Below, piece after piece: positions 30,216 to 39,180 of a DNA stretch of 64,000 nucleotides. Under the pieces are notes generated by a model. That model was not told the DNA's origin and did not search any database. It saw only the letters and a program-made list of their open reading frames with translations. Made by a program: the position numbers and the translations under genes. Numbering within the stretch: position 1 is the first letter of the stretch; the number at the start of each line of letters is the position of its first letter. Source of the stretch: Patescibacteria group bacterium (GTDB lineage: Bacteria > Patescibacteriota > Minisyncoccia > Phycocordibacterales > PALSA-1337); assembly GCA_038065415.1 (NCBI GenBank), contig JBBTRA010000003.1, forward strand, positions 9,314 through 73,313. Direction: 5' to 3'.

Positions 30216-31762
30216 TTGAATGATACTTGATAGATCATGGGTGCCGTTGCCGCTAGGATATAGAGCTTGTCCCCATCACAAGTCAGCATCTGGGGCGCAG
30301 CGGGCAACAAGAATGCTGCAGATGTGCTCGCTGAGGCCGAATGAGAGAATATTCGGAACTCCTTGTCAGTCGCCCTACTGGCCGCATACAGGTACGAACG
30401 GTCAGCCACAAGTCCGTAGATACCTCCGGGAATATCACTGGACGCGTACCCAGAATCTTTCAGCGATCCCACTGAACCAGTATGAATTGTAGAGGTAGCC
30501 CAAACGAATAGCTCATGATCTCGCTTAACATTGAATCCTCCTGCCGTTCGACCAAAACGTAGTACATCCTCAAACACGGAGATGGACTTCCCTTCTTGCC
30601 GTTCCCAGCCGGAGGGATTGAAATTATCAGCAACCGCCACATCTCCGGACTCTATACTATCCAGGCGCATCAACTGTTGTTCACCGGCAGTTGCAAGATA
30701 CACACTCTTGTTCCTTCCGAAAATATCCATGACTTTACTGCCAACTTCAACCCCTCCCATCCTCTTCATACTAGCTGTATCGGTGACATCAATGACGGAG
30801 AGCTCTTCACCATCCCACTTTTCTGTTCCGAGATATATCTTATCTGCATCATAAAAGATCGAGCTCGCCATCGGAGGCGTTGCTGTGGCATACGGCAAAG
30901 GTATCTGGTATTTCTTTTCAAGCACAGGAACATCGAGAGCGTCGAAACGAATGATGTGGAGCTGAGCTGCAGTGCTTGCAGCCGCTCCGTATACCCTATG
31001 CCCCACAAGTGTGATCGCAGATATTCCGGGTCCTGTATGAATCGACGAGAGTACCCCAGGATCATGCACATCCCGGATATCTACCACAAGAAGATCAGGA
31101 TCGGTGACGATAGATGAATCTGCAGATACGTATGCGATGTTATTTCTGACTTCCATATCCGTAAGCGGTAAACTCGGATCGATCGGCAACATGATGGGAA
31201 CTATCGAAACCAACAGCGATGCGGACGGCTCAGAAAAACGAATGCCCGGATCAGGAACTACCACAGGATGCTGAAATCCATAAGAACCCGTACGTTCCTT
31301 ACTCGCGAAGTCGACAGAACATACCGGCGTACCAGCCGAATCCATAGTGTCCACGAATGGATACCTGCGCACAGCATTGAACATGATCGGACCTGCACGA
31401 TTCATGAATTTGGTATCCGCATGAATGCGTATGTCTGTCTGTATCCGATCATTGCCATACCAATGAGCATACGCCTCGATGGTAGTTGTAGCTAAGCGCG
31501 ATAAACGACCAGACAATGATTCACCTGGTGATATAACCGTATTCCGAAACTCATACGGCATCATATCTTCAAACTCACCCTTATGTGCATCATAAAGATC
31601 GAGAGCATGGTCCCTTTCGCGTGCAGTCTCAAATAACTCCTCAGCATTGACTGATGAGTATGTGATACATGCGATAAAAAACGCTCCGAGCGCAAGCGCC
31701 AGAAGAATATCGATAAGTATCAAACCTGAATTATTTTTTTGATTCATACTTTGCATATGCAT
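30212..31762 (-). CDS. Pilin-like protein fused to a beta-propeller (LVIVD-like repeats)
   Basis: NNSG|LILIDILLALAL; repeats LLVVDI, LHIIRF, LSVIDV. Start codon is uncertain. Confidence 0.7.
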   Translation of the reverse strand: MHMQSMNQKNNSGLILIDILLALALGAFFIACITYSSVNAEELFETARERDHALDLYDAHKGEFEDMMPYEFRNTVISPGESLSGRLSRLATTTIEAYAHWYGNDRIQTDIRIHADTKFMNRAGPIMFNAVRRYPFVDTMDSAGTPVCSVDFASKERTGSYGFQHPVVVPDPGIRFSEPSASLLVSIVPIMLPIDPSLPLTDMEVRNNIAYVSADSSIVTDPDLLVVDIRDVHDPGVLSSIHTGPGISAITLVGHRVYGAAASTAAQLHIIRFDALDVPVLEKKYQIPLPYATATPPMASSIFYDADKIYLGTEKWDGEELSVIDVTDTASMKRMGGVEVGSKVMDIFGRNKSVYLATAGEQQLMRLDSIESGDVAVADNFNPSGWERQEGKSISVFEDVLRFGRTAGGFNVKRDHELFVWATSTIHTGSVGSLKDSGYASSDIPGGIYGLVADRSYLYAASRATDKEFRIFSHSASASTSAAFLLPAAPQMLTCDGDKLYILAATAPMIYQVSFK

Positions 31763-31771
31763 GGTGATCAA

Positions 31772-32848
31772 TCAATGTTGTAGCGCCCTCGAGATATCGT
31801 AAATCGGCATCATTATAGACAGAGCGATCGCACCAACTACACCACCCATACCAGCCATCATGGTCGGCTCAATGAGCGCTGTGAGCCGCTTGAGACTGTG
31901 ATCGATATCTCTATCAATGATATCTGCCGCACGCACCAATGACGCCCCCAAAGTACCCGAAGCTTCACCAGCAAGTAGAAGTGGCGGTATGTACGACGGA
32001 ATCTTCACAGACACGTGTCCGATGACCGACCCGAGAGGAAGACCCTTGGCCACACGCATTCCCTCAGCCTGAATCGCCTCCGCAAGCTGTATGAGAGGTA
32101 TCGCTGCCGCAGCCTGAGCATACGCTGCGACCGCTGATATGCCTGAGTCTATAAGCGAACCACACGAACGAAAGAATACTGAAAGTGCCAATGTTCTACT
32201 CAGCGAACCAACAAGTGGAATGTACGCCAGCGATCGATGCACTCCTTTCCTAAATCTGTAAAATTTCTTGTACAACACTGTGGCAGTTCCAAACGCCAGA
32301 ATAACTCCGAGACATCCATATACTCCATATGTAGTGATATTTTCAGAGATAGCCATAACGATACGCGTAAGTAGAGGTAGCTCAACATTGAGACCCTTCA
32401 GCATGGGTATGATTTGCGGCATGATTCCTTTCACCAAACCAATCGTGAGAAGTAGGGCGAAGGTGCCAATGATCGCGGGATATGCGAGTGCCGACAAAAT
32501 CTTCTTCTTAATGTCGTCTTGTTGTTCCATCAACCTTCGAGCCATTGCAAGCGACGAAGCAAGTCCTCCAGTACCCTCGCCTTGTCGGATGATACCAACA
32601 AACAAAGGTGGGACGCCTATAACTGACGCCAAAGAAACAGACAGCGTAGATCCTCCCGTGATATCATCGTGGATCTTTTGGACCTGTACTCTACGTCCCG
32701 AGGACATCCCCTGTTCCACGACAGATAGAGCTTTGTCGAGGCTCAAGCCTGCAGATATATACAGCTCGAGCCGTTCCATGAAAAGCATGGTTTCCTCTCG
32801 ACTCCAACGTATCGTCCATATATGAGATATTCTTGTGAATGTGAGCAT
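31772..32848 (-). CDS. pilC: Type IV pilus / T2SS F platform protein (PilC/ComGB-like)
   Basis: GEGTGGL, ALAYP, LPLLT, GEASGTL, LIEP..IMMPIY. Confidence 0.9.
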   Translation of the reverse strand: MLTFTRISHIWTIRWSREETMLFMERLELYISAGLSLDKALSVVEQGMSSGRRVQVQKIHDDITGGSTLSVSLASVIGVPPLFVGIIRQGEGTGGLASSLAMARRLMEQQDDIKKKILSALAYPAIIGTFALLLTIGLVKGIMPQIIPMLKGLNVELPLLTRIVMAISENITTYGVYGCLGVILAFGTATVLYKKFYRFRKGVHRSLAYIPLVGSLSRTLALSVFFRSCGSLIDSGISAVAAYAQAAAAIPLIQLAEAIQAEGMRVAKGLPLGSVIGHVSVKIPSYIPPLLLAGEASGTLGASLVRAADIIDRDIDHSLKRLTALIEPTMMAGMGGVVGAIALSIMMPIYDISRALQH

Positions 32849-32867
32849 ATGATATGGATATTAGATA

Positions 32868-34004
32868 TCAGTCCGAGAGTACGCGTGCGACTTCCTGCTC
32901 GGTCGTGATACCCCACTCGACCTTCTCATAGCCATCTTCGAGCATCGGTTGGAATCCATTCGAGCGCGCATACTCCCGGATTGCACTCGCGCTCTCCTTG
33001 GCACCAATGCGCTCACGCATACCGGCGTCGACCTCGCACGCCTCTGCTATGACTGATCGACCCACATATCCAGTATGCCTACATGTATTACACCCTTCAG
33101 AGAAACATTCGCGACACAGTGTACGAACAAGACGCTGAGCCACGACCAGCTTCAAGGTAGAGGCGAGCAGATATGGATCGATACCCATGTCGACAAGTCG
33201 CGGAATAGCCTCAAGAGCAGAATTGGTATGTAGGGTGGACAACACCAGATGGCCAGTCAGGGCGGTATGTATAGCAACTCGAGCCGTTTCAGCATCACGA
33301 ATTTCTCCTACCATAATGACATCAGGATCCTGCCTCAAAGCAGATCGAAGTCCTGACGCAAACGTAACCCCATGACTATGGCGTATATGCACCTGCCTGA
33401 CGAGTGGCAATTCATACTCAACAGGATCTTCGAGCGTAATAATTGATACAGGCTCACGAGACTTGAGCGAGAGACATGCATGAAGCGTCGTAGTCTTGCC
33501 AGATCCAGTCGGACCAACGACAAGTATGAGACCTGATGCTTGTCGAAGAGCACCGTCTATCGAGCGTACATGATCTGGAGTGAACCCGAGACGAGCAAAA
33601 GATGCTTCATCAGGTATACGTGCCGGTAGTATACGGAGAACAGCATTCTCTCCATGATATGTAGGCATGAACGAAATACGTATATTGTATGAACTGCCCT
33701 CGATATCTGTTTTCCATCTGCCATCCTGAGGAATCGCGTGTATATCGGTACGAGCGCCGGACAGGATCTTCAGGCGTGCAACAATCTCTTCATGAAGCCT
33801 CCGAGATATCATGCACACATCACCCATGTGTCCATCTATGCGCAACCGGATACGCGATGTATGTTCAAGTGGATCATAGTGAACATCTGACGCCCGTACC
33901 AAAACTGCATAGGCGAGCAGTCGATCTACGGCCTCAGTAGCGGTAGTGGGCTCCGATTCAAAAAGTACACTGTGCTGATGTATTGTTTGTAATGTGTCGT
34001 TCAT
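32868..34004 (-). CDS. pilB: GspE/PilB/ComGA-family assembly ATPase (short form)
   Basis: ASDVH, PQDG, GPTGSGKTT, EDPVE, LRQDPD..GEIRD, TGHLVLSTLH, CxxC pair. Confidence 0.92.
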   Translation of the reverse strand: MNDTLQTIHQHSVLFESEPTTATEAVDRLLAYAVLVRASDVHYDPLEHTSRIRLRIDGHMGDVCMISRRLHEEIVARLKILSGARTDIHAIPQDGRWKTDIEGSSYNIRISFMPTYHGENAVLRILPARIPDEASFARLGFTPDHVRSIDGALRQASGLILVVGPTGSGKTTTLHACLSLKSREPVSIITLEDPVEYELPLVRQVHIRHSHGVTFASGLRSALRQDPDVIMVGEIRDAETARVAIHTALTGHLVLSTLHTNSALEAIPRLVDMGIDPYLLASTLKLVVAQRLVRTLCRECFSEGCNTCRHTGYVGRSVIAEACEVDAGMRERIGAKESASAIREYARSNGFQPMLEDGYEKVEWGITTEQEVARVLSD

Positions 34005-34203
34005 ATGCAGTACGATACCAAGGTAAAATGAAGAAATGATGAAGTAACAATGGGTAAGCTATGATGCTACACAAATCCAGTTGCTTACTTATGTAAAATG
34101 TGTTACTGTGCTATCTGGCCGTTCTTTCCAAACACTCTATGAACCTAGGATTAGGTCTCTGGAACGGCTGATGTACGCACACACAAACCAAACAAAATCA
34201 GCT

Positions 34204-34908
34204 ATGTTGATCGAACCGAAGCTCCGCGTAACCGTACCGGTGACATTCATCACTTCTCCTACCAAGAAAACGGAGAAGACTATCGCCGCCGTGCTCAAGG
34301 CACTTGCATTCAACAGCCGCGTCTCCCCCGTGTGGGATATCGGCCCGGACATCCTCCATTCTCAAGCAACCTCCGATCCTCGGGCAAAAAGCTTTGGACG
34401 GTTCCTGCTTGGCCTTCTGACTGGAGGAGTCAAGGATATCAGCCAGCGAACGCCTCCGAAGATCATTGCCCTCGCCCTTGCGCATCGCGTTGAAGAACAC
34501 ATCCGTGTTCATGGAGCGCTCGAGCATATCTTCGTGATCGCTACACCTCATACGCCCGAGCAGGTCAAACCGCTCTTGCAGGTATGTGATGATGCACGAC
34601 TCGTGTACGTCGGCCCTGACGAAAGTGTCCATGTAGCCAACAGCTTCCACCACCAAGTCATTCGCGGCGCACATCGTTTCGCAAAACTTCAAGCACGGAA
34701 ATCACAGCCTCATCAATTTGTCCGTCTTGAACCGGATTCAACAACCGCACAAACGGTTTCCGACATCCTGCACTATGCAGACATGCCATCGGCCCTGCGC
34801 GCCACATGGCTCGAAAGCATGAAAACGCCCAAAAGTGCCGCTCACACGCAGCTGCATCCTCAGGCCATCGACATGACTTCGCCTCAAGGTGCCTTGGCGA
34901 CAGCCTAA
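34204..34908 (+). CDS. Hypothetical protein, possible degenerate NMP/adenylate-kinase fold
   Basis: TFITSPTKKTEKT (eroded P-loop) and IFVIATPHTPEQV (cf. ADK xILDGFPRTxxQ). Alternative start at 34171. Confidence 0.5.
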   Translation: MLIEPKLRVTVPVTFITSPTKKTEKTIAAVLKALAFNSRVSPVWDIGPDILHSQATSDPRAKSFGRFLLGLLTGGVKDISQRTPPKIIALALAHRVEEHIRVHGALEHIFVIATPHTPEQVKPLLQVCDDARLVYVGPDESVHVANSFHHQVIRGAHRFAKLQARKSQPHQFVRLEPDSTTAQTVSDILHYADMPSALRATWLESMKTPKSAAHTQLHPQAIDMTSPQGALATA

Positions 34909-34924
34909 TCTCAAGTTCATCGCC

Positions 34925-34954
34925 TCCCCTCCCGCCCCGGCTGGAGGGGATTTT
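34925..34954 (+). terminator. Intrinsic terminator
   Basis: TCCCCTCC..GGAGGGGA-TTTT. Confidence 0.7.
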
Positions 34955-35093
34955 ATGTATACAAAATTACATATTGTCAAATGATTATAGTGTGATATGC
35001 TTGCTCTTGGCAGTTCTTTTCAGTTAAAGGATTGTTTTTGTTTTCAATCAAATACCAGCGGTCAACACACAACCCACGAAAGGAGGCTCATCT

Positions 35094-35954
35094 ATGAGCT
35101 TGAACGGTACACACTCCCACGGAACCCCTCACCCTTCCCTGATCTTGGACCCAGACTTGCTCATTGCACTCACTGGAGCCCGGGCATGCGGAAAATCAGT
35201 CATCCTCAAACTCCTTGCCATGCTGTATGGTCCGGAGTTTCTCGCCCTCGAAAGCAGTGGCTTATGCGACGACCACATCCGACGTGGCACGAGGATCGGT
35301 CAAGAACTTGCGACCTTCACCGGTGTACGCAGCGGTGGCGGCTTCTACCCTGATGATCTGATCATACGCACCACACTTCAGAGCATCGAGGAAGAGAAGG
35401 CAAAATTGACACCCCCGCCCAGCCGTCATGCGATTCGAGCTATTGGTCTTGCCGGCGGCTTTCGGACCGAATCTCAGCGGCTTTGTTTCGGCAAAGCCGG
35501 GTATCGAACTCGTTCAATCCACATCTGTTCGACACTGCGCCAAGTCTTCGAAGGTGTCGTCCGACGAAAGGAGATCGAGGGGCAAACTCGTGACGATGTC
35601 AGCGTTCGATCTGTCGTTGCAAGTTGGCATAATTACGGAACACTGGTGCGTCCCGGCATGGAGTCAGCTCCCGCCGATGAGGTCTGTACCATCCATAAGA
35701 GCCATTCTCTGCTCCGCAAAATGATCGTGATCGTGCGAAATATCGACCGATGGACAGGCACTCAAGGTCTCATCAACCTGGTAGTGAAGGATCATCCGGT
35801 CCGTCTGGAAATGGCCCGCCTCGAAAAAGAGTGGGCAAACAAGCCGGTTACCTTGACCCAAGAAATGGAAGAGGTCATCGCCGACGATGAATCCAATCAA
35901 CACATCCTTCGGCTCTCTCGTCCACTTACCGAACAAAGGCTTGTCACAGCCTGA
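35094..35954 (+). CDS. Divergent adenylate-kinase-like P-loop protein
   Basis: Walker A GARACGKS; IRRGTRIG..GGFYPDDL; AGGFRTESQ; R..RDD short-LID-like segment; AGGAGG SD. Confidence 0.65.
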   Translation: MSLNGTHSHGTPHPSLILDPDLLIALTGARACGKSVILKLLAMLYGPEFLALESSGLCDDHIRRGTRIGQELATFTGVRSGGGFYPDDLIIRTTLQSIEEEKAKLTPPPSRHAIRAIGLAGGFRTESQRLCFGKAGYRTRSIHICSTLRQVFEGVVRRKEIEGQTRDDVSVRSVVASWHNYGTLVRPGMESAPADEVCTIHKSHSLLRKMIVIVRNIDRWTGTQGLINLVVKDHPVRLEMARLEKEWANKPVTLTQEMEEVIADDESNQHILRLSRPLTEQRLVTA

Positions 35955-35970
35955 GTCCCAGGTTTACTCC

Positions 35971-35998
35971 AACGCAGTTCTTCGGAATTGCGTTTTTT
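35971..35998 (+). terminator. Intrinsic terminator
   Basis: AACGCAGTTC-TTCG-GAATTGCGTT-TTTT. Confidence 0.85.
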
Positions 35999-36047
35999 AT
36001 ATGAATATATACAAAATCAGCTGATAGGCCTTACTTAAGGCCTTATT

Positions 36048-36076
36048 TTGACAAAAATGGCCGAATAATGTAAACT
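36048..36076 (+). promoter_or_regulatory. Sigma70 promoter of typA
   Basis: TTGACA-17-TAAACT; palindrome AGGCCTTA-CT-TAAGGCCT directly upstream (36026-36043). Confidence 0.7.
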
Positions 36077-36118
36077 GTACTTTCATTCATATTCCTTATA
36101 CTTTAACGTTTTTTCTTC

Positions 36119-37909
36119 ATGGATATCCGAAACATAGCCATCATCGCGCACGTGGACCACGGCAAAACCACCCTCACCGACGCCATTATGACCCAGTGCG
36201 GGCATGGTGATGAAGGCTCCATGGACTCCAACGCCCTCGAACAGGAGCGTGGTATCACGATTTACGCCAAGAATACCTCCATCCAGTACAAAGGCACCAA
36301 GATCAACATTGTCGACACCCCAGGTCACGCTGACTTCGGTTCTGAGGTCGAACGCGTGCTCCGCTCTATCGACACTGTCCTCCTCGTTGTTGATGCCCAG
36401 GAAGGTCCGATGCCACAGACTCGCTTCGTGCTCAAGAAGTCCCTCGAGCTCGGCATCAAACCTATCCTCATCCTGAACAAGATCGACAAGCCTGCCGCAA
36501 ATCCTACTCGTGCACATGACGAGGTACTCGAGCTCTTCATGGAGCTCGGGGCCAATGATGCTCAGCTCGACTTCCCTACTATCTACGCCATCGGACGTCA
36601 GGGCGTCGCCATGAGGAAGCTCGATGACGAAAAGAAGGATCTGACTCCCCTTCTGGATATGGTTCTCGAACATGTTCCTCCAGCAAACGCAGCAAAGAAT
36701 GCAGGTGATGCTCTCAAGGCACAGGTCTTCAACCTCGGCTATGACAACTTCCTCGGTCGTCTCGCTATTTGCCGTATCTATAGCGGAACCATCCGTGACG
36801 GACAGAATGTCTGGGTCAAGGATATCAATGGTAAGACATTCACTGGTAAGATCACAAAACTCTTTACCTTTGATGGTAAAAAGCGTATCGAGACTAAGGA
36901 AGCTGAGTCTGGTGATATCATAACCGTCGCAGGTCTCCCTGATATCTATATCGGAGAAACGATCACTGACACTGAGTCTGTCGAGGCGCTCCCCGCTATC
37001 ACCGTCGACGAGCCGACCATCTCCCTACAGTTCCTCGTCAACAACTCTCCATTCGCTGGTCGCGAAGGAACTTTCGTTACTGGTCGTCAGATCCGCGAAC
37101 GTCTTGAGCGTGAACTTGAGACCAACGTAGGACTCAAAGTGGACTTCTCTGCAAATGAATTCTTCACCGTCTACGGCCGCGGCGAGCTCCACATCGCTAT
37201 CCTCATCGAGAACATGCGCCGTGAAGGATATGAACTCCAGGTTTCCCAGCCAAAGGTTATCTTCAAGGAAGAGGGTGGCGAGAAGCTCGAGCCATTCGAG
37301 GAAGTCATCATCGACTGCCCTCAGAACTACTCTGGTGCTATCATCGAGACTCTCGGCAAGAGGAAGGGTGTCATGACCAATATGACTACTCACGGCAATC
37401 AGGTCCGTATCGTCCTAGAGATCCCAACCCGCGGCCTCCTCGGGTACAAGAACGTCTTCACCATCGACACTAAGGGTGAGGGCATCATGTCATCCCGCGT
37501 CATCGGCTTCAAGCCATTCGCAGGTGATATCGAGAAGCGTGAGACAGGTTCTATGACCTCTATGGCTTCAGGCAAGTCTCTCGGCTTCTCCCTCTGGAAC
37601 CTCCAGGATCGCGGACGTCTCTTCATCGGGGCTGCGGTCGAAGTGTATGAGGGTATGGTCATCGGCGACACCGCCAAGGGCGACGACATGGATGTGAACC
37701 CAACCAAGGGTAAGGCTATGAGTAACATGCGCTCATCCGGTAAGGACGAGGCTCTCATGCTTGTCCCTCCATTTGAGCTCACCATCGAACGTGGTCTCGA
37801 GCTCATGCGTGAGGACGAGTATCTCGAAATCACCCCGAAGAATGTCCGCCTCCGCAAGAAGTTCCTCACGGAGCTCGATCGTGCAAAGTCACGAAGGAAG
37901 GATCTTTAA
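36119..37909 (+). CDS. typA: Translational GTPase TypA/BipA
   Basis: [49 protein letters not shown]. Confidence 0.98.
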   Translation: MDIRNIAIIAHVDHGKTTLTDAIMTQCGHGDEGSMDSNALEQERGITIYAKNTSIQYKGTKINIVDTPGHADFGSEVERVLRSIDTVLLVVDAQEGPMPQTRFVLKKSLELGIKPILILNKIDKPAANPTRAHDEVLELFMELGANDAQLDFPTIYAIGRQGVAMRKLDDEKKDLTPLLDMVLEHVPPANAAKNAGDALKAQVFNLGYDNFLGRLAICRIYSGTIRDGQNVWVKDINGKTFTGKITKLFTFDGKKRIETKEAESGDIITVAGLPDIYIGETITDTESVEALPAITVDEPTISLQFLVNNSPFAGREGTFVTGRQIRERLERELETNVGLKVDFSANEFFTVYGRGELHIAILIENMRREGYELQVSQPKVIFKEEGGEKLEPFEEVIIDCPQNYSGAIIETLGKRKGVMTNMTTHGNQVRIVLEIPTRGLLGYKNVFTIDTKGEGIMSSRVIGFKPFAGDIEKRETGSMTSMASGKSLGFSLWNLQDRGRLFIGAAVEVYEGMVIGDTAKGDDMDVNPTKGKAMSNMRSSGKDEALMLVPPFELTIERGLELMREDEYLEITPKNVRLRKKFLTELDRAKSRRKDL

Positions 37910-38050
37910 ATATATACTGAACTGGCCACAAACGGCCGCGCTTGTACCAAGCGTCGAACTTCCCGCTGCTGCTGCAGTGTGGAAGTTCGACATTCGGTGG
38001 AAACGGAAGCTTGGCGCTTGTAATAGCGTTTAAGAACTCCTGCAAACAAT

Positions 38051-38086
38051 AAGTGCCCCATTCTCTCCGGAGAGTTGGGCACTTTT
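38051..38086 (+). terminator. Terminator downstream of typA
   Basis: AAGTGCCC..CTCT-CCGG-AGAG..GGGCACTT-TT. Confidence 0.75.
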
Positions 38087-38183
38087 CTTATACAAATCAT
38101 CATGAAAAACATATAACTTAATCACAATTTCATTCATGCTAACCTGATATGGTTCTAGACATGGAAGTTTAATACTTCCATGT

Positions 38184-38280
38184 GGGCCCGTGGAGCGGTC
38201 TCCCACCCCACCCCGACAGCTGGGGTGTGCGGGTTCGACTCCTCAATGAGCACATTGACCTACTGGGCGGTCGGGTCCAC
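38184..38280 (+). ncRNA. tRNA-like RNA (non-canonical)
   Basis: GGGCCCG/CGGGTCC-A acceptor-type stem with G3.U70, GCGGG-TTCGACT-CC T-arm motif, GAC-containing loop, inserted TCAATG-AGCA-CATTGA hairpin. Confidence 0.5.
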
Positions 38281-38290
38281 AAAAAATATA

Positions 38291-38318
38291 TTGACAACTA
38301 AATTAAAACGGCTACAAT
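38291..38318 (+). promoter_or_regulatory. Sigma70 promoter with no downstream CDS
   Basis: TTGACA-16-TACAAT. Confidence 0.7.
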
Positions 38319-38324
38319 GTATTT

Positions 38325-38392
38325 ATTGTCGGGGTGGGGTGGAGAGATATCAAAACCGCATACCAAACAAAAGTCCCTTCGGGGGCTTTTGT
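38325..38392 (+). ncRNA. Putative ~70-nt small RNA antisense to the upstream tRNA-like RNA
   Basis: Own promoter; 5' TGTCGGGGTGGGGTGG complementary to 38203-38218; ends in a cUUCGg terminator hairpin at 38367-38392. Confidence 0.5.
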
Positions 38393-38407
38393 GTTTATGG
38401 CCCGAAA

Positions 38408-39175
38408 TTACTCCAAGAAAATCTTCGTCCTCCTGATCCCCAACGCTATCGTCCCAACCCCCAGATCCTTCCCCATCCTATTCGCAAACGATCTCATATA
38501 GGTACCACTTGAACACTTCACGCGAATAGTCACAATATCGAACGGCTCGCCACCTGATATCCCATCATCGAGTACTTCTTGCCAGCGGCGCTTGATCTCT
38601 TCTTGACGAAAATCACCAGTGACACGATCAATCATGTCCACAATACGCGCCTCGAGTTCAAAACCTGTCATCTGTTCCCTTTTCAATTCTTCGATCTCAT
38701 AAATAGTCACCTCTTTGGTCGGCATTTCCTGCGGCAACTTGTCGGCACGCGCTAATTCATGCAATGCAATACCATCAACGGTACGCGATGAATACGGCGG
38801 GTATTCTTGCTCAAATTTCCCCACATATTTCGATGTATCCAGACGATCGAGGGCACCACTCGAATCCTTGAGTACATCAGTAGATTTTGTAGCCAGTCCA
38901 AGCGCATCATATGTGTCAGTAGTCACGCCGAACAAAACATCCACTTCATATTCCTTGTCGAGTCCGAGATACTTCTCTTTGTTCTTACATTCGTCGCCAA
39001 TGAGAATGAGCAGCTCCCCTTCCGCAAGAGGATCAAGCCTGCCTGCGTAGGTCATAGGAGCCTCCTGCCACTTCTTCTTCGACTCTGCATCTACTGACTC
39101 ATCTATACGCAAACGACGAAACCGCTCGAGTGCTTCGAGCGGTGTTTCGCCTATCTGTTTATAAATAATTTCCAA
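38408..39175 (-). CDS. truB: tRNA pseudouridine(55) synthase TruB-like (short, no PUA domain)
   Basis: YAGRLDPLAEG, KEYEV..FGVTTDTYD.LG, PPYSS, CSSGTYMRS. Confidence 0.88.
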   Translation of the reverse strand: MEIIYKQIGETPLEALERFRRLRIDESVDAESKKKWQEAPMTYAGRLDPLAEGELLILIGDECKNKEKYLGLDKEYEVDVLFGVTTDTYDALGLATKSTDVLKDSSGALDRLDTSKYVGKFEQEYPPYSSRTVDGIALHELARADKLPQEMPTKEVTIYEIEELKREQMTGFELEARIVDMIDRVTGDFRQEEIKRRWQEVLDDGISGGEPFDIVTIRVKCSSGTYMRSFANRMGKDLGVGTIALGIRRTKIFLE

Positions 39176-39180
39176 AGCTA

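Noticed and set aside
38184-38282. tmRNA, canonical tRNA or HDV-like ribozyme
   Set aside because: Too short for tmRNA with no tag ORF; no D-arm and the T-stem is interrupted; the HDV P3/P1.1 geometry could not be fitted.
38331-38342. G-quadruplex
   Set aside because: Only two full G-tracts lie close together; complementarity to 38203-38218 is the stronger explanation.
38180-38512. 110-aa ORF in the ORF track spanning the tRNA-like region
   Set aside because: It crosses a promoter, a terminator and the 3' end of truB, and shows no protein-like motif; RNA structure explains the sequence better.
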